Below, one piece after another: positions 1-5,962 of a DNA stretch of 8,182 nt. The position numbers and the translations under genes are program-made. Source of the stretch: Zestosphaera tikiterensis (GTDB taxonomy: Archaea; Thermoproteota; Thermoprotei_A; Sulfolobales; NBVN01); the NCBI GenBank assembly GCA_003056265.1, contig NBVN01000013.1, forward strand, positions 1-8,182, read 5' to 3'. Numbering within the stretch: the first letter of the stretch is position 1; each line of letters starts with the position of its first letter. Below the pieces are notes generated by a model, which searched no databases, had not been told where the DNA came from, and was given only the letters and a program-made list of their open reading frames with translations.

Positions 1-297
1 GATCTTATCAGGTGGGAAACCTACCTTAACCCCCAACAGAGCCTCCCAAACAGAAACCGCGTCTAAACCAGCACCAAGCTCCTTAAAAACCTTAAGAACC
101 TCCACGTTACTATTAGCTTTACATGAGTAAAGCACCTCAACATCCCCATATTTCAAGGAATTCCTTAACCTAACGTAATTTTCAATAATCACCTCCTTAT
201 CGTAAACGTATAGCGGCGTACCAAACTTAAGAACTAGATCCTCAGCTTTAAAACCACCTATATACAGGTAAGAACCCTCAACCTTAATCGTTTCACA
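1..297 (-). CDS. lysA: Fold-type III PLP-dependent decarboxylase (Orn/DAP/Arg decarboxylase family), diaminopimelate-decarboxylase-like. Only the N-terminal 99 codons are present because the gene runs off the left edge.
   Basis: I translated the minus strand by hand (this ORF is not in the supplied track): CETIKVEGSYLYIGGFKAEDLVLKFGTPLYVYDKEVIIENYVRLRNSLKYGDVEVLYSCKANSNVEVLKVFKELGAGLDAVSVWEALLGVKVGFPPDKI. The GTPLYVYD strand and the Y-x-x-KAN motif (putative PLP lysine codon at 118-120) followed by G-x-G-x-D are the classic N-terminal signature of LysA/ODC-type TIM-barrel decarboxylases. The frame is open from 297 down to 1, with an in-frame TGA at 298-300. No ATG, GTG or TTG lies in frame upstream of the conserved block (see findings). 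The lysA assignment, as opposed to another family member, rests on motif resemblance only. Confidence 0.75.
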
Positions 298-323
298 TCA
301 CCTAGCATCTCTACTATCTTCAG

Positions 324-349
324 ATTTAAATAGGCACGATTTATATAAA
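324..349 (-). promoter_or_regulatory. Candidate TATA elements for the decarboxylase gene
   Basis: ATTTAAAT (324-331) and TTTATATAAA (340-349), read on the minus strand, lie about 20 and 37 nt upstream of the ATG at 308-306. The second follows a purine-rich, BRE-like AGGAGGG. Both elements are nearly palindromic, so strand assignment is uncertain. Confidence 0.4.
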
Positions 350-365
350 CCCTCCTATAATGAGT

Positions 366-389
366 GAGTTAGCTACTTAGGTTAGGGGA
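366..389 (+). repeat. Short repeat block 1: a copy of permease-gene sequence 7616-7640
   Basis: GAGTTAGCTACTTAGGTT-AGGGGA (366-389) aligns with GACTTAGCTACTTAGGTTTAGGAGA (7616-7640). The exact shared 15-mer TTAGCTACTTAGGTT lies at 369-383 and 7619-7633. Overall there are 22 matches, 2 mismatches and 1 gap, in the same orientation. Confidence 0.6.
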
Positions 390-437
390 TGCTAGATTTA
401 TGGAAGTGTTGAAACAAATAGAAGCTTAGGTTTTTAA

Positions 438-464
438 TAGCTGAAAGTTTTTATTCTCTACTAT
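438..464 (+). repeat. Short repeat block 2: a copy of 7967-7993
   Basis: TAGCT-GA-AAGTTTTTA-T-TCTCTACTAT (438-464) aligns with TAGCT-AAGTTTTTA-GGC-TCTCTACTAT (7967-7993). Both are 27 nt long and in the same orientation, with exact sub-blocks of 5, 9 and 10 nt. The 10-mer TCTCTACTAT also occurs at 308-317. Confidence 0.6.
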
Positions 465-479
465 AGAATAAATAGTAGA
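450..479. repeat. Interleaved inverted repeats forming two mutually exclusive 8-bp hairpins
   Basis: TTTATTCT (450-457) pairs with AGAATAAA (465-472). TCTACTAT (457-464) pairs with ATAGTAGA (472-479). The arrangement is X-Y-X'-Y' with no spacers. T5 runs lie nearby on the plus strand at 431-435 and 448-452, the latter overlapping the first stem. Confidence 0.6.
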
Positions 480-653
480 TCTTCACCATGTTACTAAGGC
501 TGATATAGCCTCGTGCGCTTAATGAAGATAAGGTAACGGCTTAAAATAGGGTAATCCTTTGTTAGGAAGGGTCTCAGCATCATTTCGCAGGTTAAGTACG
601 TAATATTGTTAGTGACTTATGCAGTTGCAACATCCATTCTAGTCTAGCCAAGA

Positions 654-2048
654 TTATGTTTGTTGCTCTCTTAAGTAAAGTAAAGCATATATGCCAGCGT
701 TAAGTTGTGTTTTAACAAGGTCTTTTAAGTTAATAACTGTATACTTTAACTCTCTTTCTAGGTATGCTCCTTCCTCATAGAACTTATTTTCAACTGTTTC
801 CGCAAGTTCTACATAGCGTTTTTCTTTAGCTACTTCCTTAACGAGTCTGTAGAGCATACCGAGGCTTAATAAGCTGTAAAACCTAGTTATGAGAAGTGAG
901 TCAAACACTTCTGAGGTATAAGCCTTCCGTTCTAGGGATTTATCCTTTAAAGCCCACATCTTCTCGGCTTCAATCGTTTTCGGAGTTTTCTTAATCATGT
1001 ATTCTATGGATTCAGCTATTCTATGCCTTTCTACATTAACGTATTCCTTAATCCTCGCGTAGATCTCAGTTATAAACTTTAACGTGTTTTCCCTATGTTT
1101 AATGCCTTCTAAAACAGCATCTCTTCTTAGCATTTCATGCGGGGAAAGATCTTCAATCCTAGGGTCATAGAAGTAAGGCACTTCTGTGACAAGCTCAAGG
1201 ACGTTATTAACACGTTCCGATGCGTAATCGTATGTACTTCCTCCGTGATCTAGCACTTCTAGGGGGTCTTTACCTAAAGACTCTAGGAAATCATAATTAT
1301 CTTTAAGGGTTACCATCTTATATACGGCTCTGCCTAAGCACTTTGCCCACGGTACTTCAGGTTCTCCAAGACTGAGAGGTATTCCAAGGGTTTTAGGGAA
1401 GAGTCTAAATATCGGGTATAGAAGTGGGATATCTTGAGATATATAGTAATACACGCCCCCGAAACCTGCGTTGTGAAGGCTGTAGATAAAGATAGGTCTG
1501 TATTTATATATCAATCTCATTAAAGCCCGCGTTTCGGGTGTGGGATTCGTGTATGAATACCTCTTATAAGTTATAGGGAAGCTCCATTCAACCTGCACGT
1601 TACCGGCGGGTCTATAGTAATTCTTAGCATAATTAATGATGTTAAAAGGCCCCTTAAGCCATCCCTCATTAAGTCTTAAGCCATCTTTATCCGCTACCGG
1701 CACTATAACCCATTTAAAGCTAAATGCTTTTCTAAACTCTTCATCTTCTGTAAGCCTTCTCACTAAGTACTCTATAGTTAACGTGCCTATAGGTTCGTTA
1801 GGGTGGGGAGCCCCTATGAGTAAAACTGCAGGGCCTTCCCCATCAATAATTAGTGAGTATATCTCATCTCCGTTTCTAGTGTATCCAGAAACTTCCAACT
1901 TAACTAAGTCTTTATGTTCTTCAGCGATATTTTTAAGGAATGCGTCAAGCTCATCAACGTTTTTAAATTCCTTATACTCAGGCACTTTATCTATTAAGTC
2001 CTCTAGAAGCGGATCCATATGTTTAGACATGATTGTATCACCACACAT
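654..2048 (-). CDS. M14-family zinc carboxypeptidase-like protein, cytoplasmic, with a helical C-terminal extension of about 165 aa
   Basis: 464-aa ORF. The HxxE zinc motif sits in GAPHPNEPIG (His82/Glu85, His codon at 1803-1805). The third ligand is in YSLHNAGFGG (His192), matching the His69/Glu72/His196 spacing of carboxypeptidase A. Also present are a PETRAL motif, GGSTYDYA, and LVTEVP with the putative catalytic Glu289. There is no signal peptide or pro-segment. Alternative in-frame ATGs occur at 2030 and 2018. Confidence 0.85.
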   Translation of the reverse strand: MCGDTIMSKHMDPLLEDLIDKVPEYKEFKNVDELDAFLKNIAEEHKDLVKLEVSGYTRNGDEIYSLIIDGEGPAVLLIGAPHPNEPIGTLTIEYLVRRLTEDEEFRKAFSFKWVIVPVADKDGLRLNEGWLKGPFNIINYAKNYYRPAGNVQVEWSFPITYKRYSYTNPTPETRALMRLIYKYRPIFIYSLHNAGFGGVYYYISQDIPLLYPIFRLFPKTLGIPLSLGEPEVPWAKCLGRAVYKMVTLKDNYDFLESLGKDPLEVLDHGGSTYDYASERVNNVLELVTEVPYFYDPRIEDLSPHEMLRRDAVLEGIKHRENTLKFITEIYARIKEYVNVERHRIAESIEYMIKKTPKTIEAEKMWALKDKSLERKAYTSEVFDSLLITRFYSLLSLGMLYRLVKEVAKEKRYVELAETVENKFYEEGAYLERELKYTVINLKDLVKTQLNAGIYALLYLREQQT

Positions 2049-2119
2049 AAACGTACTTGAATCACGAAAATAAGCTTTTTAAGTTTGACGTAATATATCC
2101 GTTGTTAAGGCTGAGAGAA
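2049..2119. promoter_or_regulatory. Compact divergent promoter region with back-to-back TATA-like boxes
   Basis: TAATATAT (2091-2098) is centred about 25 nt upstream of the ATG at 2120 on the plus strand. CTTAAAAAG, read on the minus strand (2083-2075), is centred about 26 nt upstream of position 2053, which is 5 nt before the ATG at 2048. Both fit leaderless or near-leaderless archaeal mRNAs. Confidence 0.5.
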
Positions 2120-4060
2120 ATGCTTGGTGAAGACTTTCTTAGTAGACAGAGATTTAAGGAGGAAGACCTAACACTCTTTACAAGTTTCTCAAACTTAACC
2201 TTATCGCCTTCAGGTGAGTTTGTAGCTTTCAACGTCGTTAAGCCGGACTTAAGTAGCAACTCTTACACTAGCTATGTTCAAGTTATGAACGTACGTGATA
2301 AAACCGTTAAAGCAGTAACTAAAGGCCCTTTAGATCTCGCCCCAGCATGGATTTCCGACTCAGAGCTTATTTACATATCTAAAACAAGCTTAAGTAGTGC
2401 TACCGAATTAAAGCTCCTTAACTTAAATGGAGGTGAGCCCAGAACCATAAGTAGGTTTGAGAAACAGATACAGGAAGTTAAACATCTCCGAGGTAGATTC
2501 ATAAGCTACTTAATGCCTGAAACCAGCGATGAAGTTCCAGAAGCTATAGTCACTGATAGAATACCTATATGGTTTAACGGCGTAGGGTTTATATACAATG
2601 CTAAGAGAACGTTACATGTAATGAACATAGACAGCGGTCATGACGAACGTTTAACGCCCGATACGATGAACGTAATTACCTACAGCCCCTCTAAACACGG
2701 AAATAAAATAGCTATAGCTAGTGAATACAGCGAGTTAAAGCCTATGTTAGCAGACATCTACTTACTTGATGTTGATAAAAACGAGTTAAATAAGGTTAAC
2801 GAAACGCCACTACTTGTTGAGAGTCTAACGTGGAGTGATGACGAAAAATACTTAGTGATTGCCGGTCATGCTATGGAGAGAGGCTACGCTACTCATTCGC
2901 AAGTGCTTATACTAGATACCGCAAGTAAATCAATAAAGAGCTTAACTAAAAACTTAGATAGAGGTGTATCTAGAAGAGTTTACTACGACCTTAGAGGTCC
3001 CTTCTCAGCTCCGTTGACCCCTATCGTTTCAGGCAACTTTATTTACTTCACATTAAGTGACGGTGGGGCTCAAAATCTTTATAGAATTAATATTAACTCC
3101 GGAAGCGTAGAGAAGGTTGTAACCGGTGATTTTGTTATTGAAGAATTTGACGTGAGAGGTGATTTAATAGCTTACATTAAAACTACCGACGTTTTGCCTG
3201 CTGAGGTTTATTTAATGGTAAAAGATCGTGAAGAACGTTTAACAGATTTTAACATGCATATCATTAGGAAGTATGAAGTCATTAAGCCTGAGAGGTTTAT
3301 CTTCAAAGCCAGTGATGGCGTTGAAGTTGAGGGTTGGGTTATAAAGCCAGCTAACTTTAAAGCAGGAGTTAAATATCCCGCGATAGTAAACATCCATGGA
3401 GGACCTAAAAGTAAGTTTGGCTATGCGTTCATGTTTGAACATCAGCTCTATGCTTCTAAAGGATATGTAGTTATTTACTTAAACCCAAGGGGTAGCGATG
3501 GTTACACGCAGGAGTTCGCAGATATAAGATGCCATTACGGTGAGAGGGATTATCTAGACATCATTGAAGGTGTTAAATACTTAGTCAGCGCAAAAGACTA
3601 TATAGATCCACAAAGGTTGGGGGTTACTGGAATAAGTTATGGAGGGTTTATGACTAACTGGATCATAACTCAAACAGACATGTTTAAAGCGGCAATTTCC
3701 CAGAATGGAATCTCTGACTGGATAGCCGAATTCGGAACTACGGACATAGGCTATCATTTCGTTCCAGACCAGATATGTGGTGATCCAATAAACGGTAGAG
3801 AAGTGCTTATAAGCAAGTCACCGCTATTTCACGTCGCTAGAATAAAAACACCATTACTTATACTTCACAGTCTTAACGATTACAGATGCTATGTAGATCA
3901 AGCACTACAGCTTTACACACTACTTAAATACTTAAATAAAGAAACACAACTAGCGCTATTTAAAGAAGGGGAGCACGCATTCGGATGGACAGGAAAACCA
4001 TTAAGTAGAATTAGAAGGCTTAAGGTTATGTTGAATTTCTTTAATAAGAAGTTGCGTTAA
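2120..4060 (+). CDS. S9-family serine peptidase (acylaminoacyl-peptidase / prolyl oligopeptidase family) with an N-terminal beta-propeller and a C-terminal alpha/beta-hydrolase domain
   Basis: The catalytic triad motifs are in canonical order: GISYGG (Ser codon 3635-3637), LNDYRC (Asp 3878-3880) and GEHAF (His 3974-3976). NIHGGP and NPRGSDGY are also present. The overall architecture matches archaeal acylaminoacyl peptidases. The track starts the ORF at TTG 2057. That would leave only 8 bp to the divergent gene, so I prefer ATG 2120 (MLGEDFLSRQRF...), which has a TATA-like box at the right distance. No signal peptide. Confidence 0.9.
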   Translation: MLGEDFLSRQRFKEEDLTLFTSFSNLTLSPSGEFVAFNVVKPDLSSNSYTSYVQVMNVRDKTVKAVTKGPLDLAPAWISDSELIYISKTSLSSATELKLLNLNGGEPRTISRFEKQIQEVKHLRGRFISYLMPETSDEVPEAIVTDRIPIWFNGVGFIYNAKRTLHVMNIDSGHDERLTPDTMNVITYSPSKHGNKIAIASEYSELKPMLADIYLLDVDKNELNKVNETPLLVESLTWSDDEKYLVIAGHAMERGYATHSQVLILDTASKSIKSLTKNLDRGVSRRVYYDLRGPFSAPLTPIVSGNFIYFTLSDGGAQNLYRININSGSVEKVVTGDFVIEEFDVRGDLIAYIKTTDVLPAEVYLMVKDREERLTDFNMHIIRKYEVIKPERFIFKASDGVEVEGWVIKPANFKAGVKYPAIVNIHGGPKSKFGYAFMFEHQLYASKGYVVIYLNPRGSDGYTQEFADIRCHYGERDYLDIIEGVKYLVSAKDYIDPQRLGVTGISYGGFMTNWIITQTDMFKAAISQNGISDWIAEFGTTDIGYHFVPDQICGDPINGREVLISKSPLFHVARIKTPLLILHSLNDYRCYVDQALQLYTLLKYLNKETQLALFKEGEHAFGWTGKPLSRIRRLKVMLNFFNKKLR

Positions 4061-4107
4061 TTTAAACTTTATAAACCTTTAAAGCGTTTTTAATGCGAGG
4101 TGATAAA
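4061..4107 (+). promoter_or_regulatory. Possible internal promoter, T5 tract and Shine-Dalgarno site ahead of the binding-protein gene
   Basis: TTTATAAA lies at 4068-4075 and TTTAAA at 4061-4066. TTTTT at 4087-4091 may act as a partial terminator after the peptidase gene. GAGGTGAT at 4097-4104 is complementary to the conserved 16S 3' end (AUCACCUC), with its GGTG core 5 nt before the ATG at 4108. Confidence 0.45.
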
Positions 4108-5955
4108 ATGACGTTAACGAAACATGTTAAACTAGCGTGTCTGTTCCTGCTTATCTTGATATTCTCAGTAACCGCTGAGATTGCTGGACTCACAGCGTTA
4201 AGCCTTAAAAACGACTTAACGAATGGAAGCATATCTCAAACTGATGGTGGGTTCTGCCCCGCTAAGGGAGGTACTTTAGTAGTGATTCACTTCGGAGATC
4301 CGAAGAGTTTTAACCCAGACGCTGTTGCTGATGACCCTCTATATCCAGTTGCCTCTCAAATATTCAATAAGCTAGTGACGTTAGATGCTAACTATAACGT
4401 TATACCGGATTTAGCTGAGTCTTGGGAAGTCTCACCGAATGCTTCGGTGTATGTATTCCACTTAAGGAAAAATGTTAAGTGGCATGATGGAGTACCTTTA
4501 ACATGTAAGGATGTAAAGTACACATTCTTAGCTATGAAGAATTTTACAGGCGTAGCCGCTGGATTACTGAACTTAAATCTACTTAAGTCTGTAGAGTGTC
4601 AAGACGATTATACGGTTGTGTTTAAGTTCTCCCAACCTAACGCACCCTTCTTAAGTTTTGTTGCTTGGTATGGTACCTTCATACTTCCGGAGCATATATA
4701 TAACAAGACAGAATACACGAACTGGATGGATCCTAAAATTCCAGCGCTTAGTAAACCTGTCGGTACAGGACCATTTAAATTTGTTGAATATGTAAAAGGT
4801 AGCCATATCATACTGGAGGCAAATAAAGACTACTTCAAAGAAGGATTACCTTGTTTAGACAGGATAGTGTTCAAAATAGTTCCAGATGCTGTAGCTGCTG
4901 AACAAACGTTTATAGCTGAAGGCGATGTATTACTTACAACTCCTCCACTTACGGATCTTCCGAAGCTTAACGCAACACCGGGAGTCGTCGTTAGAACTTA
5001 CCCAACACCTAGTAGGTGGTTCTTAGCTTTCAACATGTTAAGAGACTTAACTAGGAATAAAGACTTTAGGTTTGCGATAGCGTACGCGTTGAATAGAACG
5101 GATATACTCTACAGGGCCTTCAGCGGGTTTGGTTTCGTAGCGAAAGGTATGTATGTACCTTCAATAAGTTGGGCCTACAATCCTAACGCTCAACCACCGG
5201 AGTTTAACCTTGAGAAAGCTAATCAAATACTTAATTCACTAGGTTTTAAAGTAGGTTCAGATGGTTTCAGAACATATCCAAACGGCACGAGGCTAACGCT
5301 TAAGCTCGTGTCTTTCCAAACAGCTGAGATTAACGCTATGTCTCAAGTAATTAAAGAGCAATTAAGGAAAGTAGGTATAGATGTTTCCATAGAGTTGCTA
5401 GATTTAGGGACCTTCCAACAGAAGGCATATAGGGAGAAGAACTTTGACATAGCCATAACAGACGGTTTCTGGGGTCCAGACCCGCATAACCTATACCTAA
5501 GGTTCGGTGGTGGAGGCCATAACCTACCCGGCTATAACAACACACAGTTTAACGACTTAGCTATGAAGGCCGCTACCACGGGTGACACATCAAGAAGGAA
5601 AGATCTTTACTGGAGCTTACAGGAAATACTTGCTCAAGAGCTACCTATAGTACCATTAATAGATGTTTTAGGGTTTGATGTCTATAAGGCTGAATGGATA
5701 GGCTTCGACAGAGATTTACCTGGAAAAGTAGGGTTAGGCGTGTATGAGGCTGTCTGGTCAAAAGCAAAACTAACTACAACGCCAGTATCAATCACAACAA
5801 CGCAGACTTCAATATCACCGACATCAAGCCCGATAACGTCGACAACGCAACCTACACCAACCGAAGGCATTACAACTACTGCAACTTTAGCTGTGCTTGT
5901 AATAGTAATTGTAATCATAGCGGCAGCTGTGTTTATGTACATAAGGAAGAAGTGA
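4108..5955 (+). CDS. ABC transporter substrate-binding protein, family 5 (dipeptide/oligopeptide/nickel type), with an N-terminal signal sequence, a Thr/Ser/Pro-rich stalk and a C-terminal transmembrane anchor
   Basis: Length and motifs are typical of SBP_bac_5 proteins (GGTL..., DP..FNP, LV..D.....PDLAESWEVS, W.DG.P.T..DV.Y.F, GTGPFKF.E......I.LEANKDY). It has a hydrophobic N-terminus (KLACLFLLILIFSVTA-E). The C-terminal stalk is TTTPVSITTTQTSISPTSSPITSTTQPTPTEGITTTA (about 5773-5883), followed by LAVLVIVIVIIAAAVFMYI and RKK. The track start at ATG 4093 is also possible as a leaderless start. I chose 4108 because of the Shine-Dalgarno motif. Confidence 0.9.
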   Translation: MTLTKHVKLACLFLLILIFSVTAEIAGLTALSLKNDLTNGSISQTDGGFCPAKGGTLVVIHFGDPKSFNPDAVADDPLYPVASQIFNKLVTLDANYNVIPDLAESWEVSPNASVYVFHLRKNVKWHDGVPLTCKDVKYTFLAMKNFTGVAAGLLNLNLLKSVECQDDYTVVFKFSQPNAPFLSFVAWYGTFILPEHIYNKTEYTNWMDPKIPALSKPVGTGPFKFVEYVKGSHIILEANKDYFKEGLPCLDRIVFKIVPDAVAAEQTFIAEGDVLLTTPPLTDLPKLNATPGVVVRTYPTPSRWFLAFNMLRDLTRNKDFRFAIAYALNRTDILYRAFSGFGFVAKGMYVPSISWAYNPNAQPPEFNLEKANQILNSLGFKVGSDGFRTYPNGTRLTLKLVSFQTAEINAMSQVIKEQLRKVGIDVSIELLDLGTFQQKAYREKNFDIAITDGFWGPDPHNLYLRFGGGGHNLPGYNNTQFNDLAMKAATTGDTSRRKDLYWSLQEILAQELPIVPLIDVLGFDVYKAEWIGFDRDLPGKVGLGVYEAVWSKAKLTTTPVSITTTQTSISPTSSPITSTTQPTPTEGITTTATLAVLVIVIVIIAAAVFMYIRKK

Positions 5956-5962
5956 GTAAGGC

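Noticed and set aside
363-371. Inverted 9-mer match between the spacer (AGTGAGTTA, 363-371) and TAACTCACT in the permease gene (7766-7774)
   Set aside because: By my rough estimate, 9-mer matches are expected hundreds of times by chance in an 8-kb window. It is not collinear with the other blocks.
494-583. 29-aa minus-strand ORF in the spacer (MMLRPFLTKDYPILSRYLIFIKRTRLYQP)
   Set aside because: It is too short and has no recognisable features or translation signals. It cannot be told apart from chance.
571-590. Possible C/D-box sRNA (minus strand AAUGAUGCUGA; also plus strand AUGAAGA at 522-528 and CUGA at 441-444 and 500-503)
   Set aside because: The C-like and D-like boxes are adjacent or wrongly spaced. 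No C'/D' pair, no 12-nt guide spacing and no terminal stem could be found.
1636-2073. 145-aa plus-strand ORF
   Set aside because: It lies entirely antisense to the well-supported M14 carboxypeptidase gene. Its product is low-complexity and Ser/Leu-rich, with no motifs. This is a typical shadow ORF.
2057-2119. TTG-initiated 21-codon N-terminal extension of the S9 peptidase
   Set aside because: It would leave 8 bp between divergent genes, with no promoter space. The ATG at 2120 has a TATA-like box about 25 nt upstream, and the extension adds no conserved sequence.
5682-5942. 86-aa minus-strand ORF rich in Val, Thr and Ile
   Set aside because: It is antisense to the Thr/Ser-rich stalk and transmembrane anchor of the binding protein. 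The repetitive ACN codons keep the opposite strand open, so it is an artefact.
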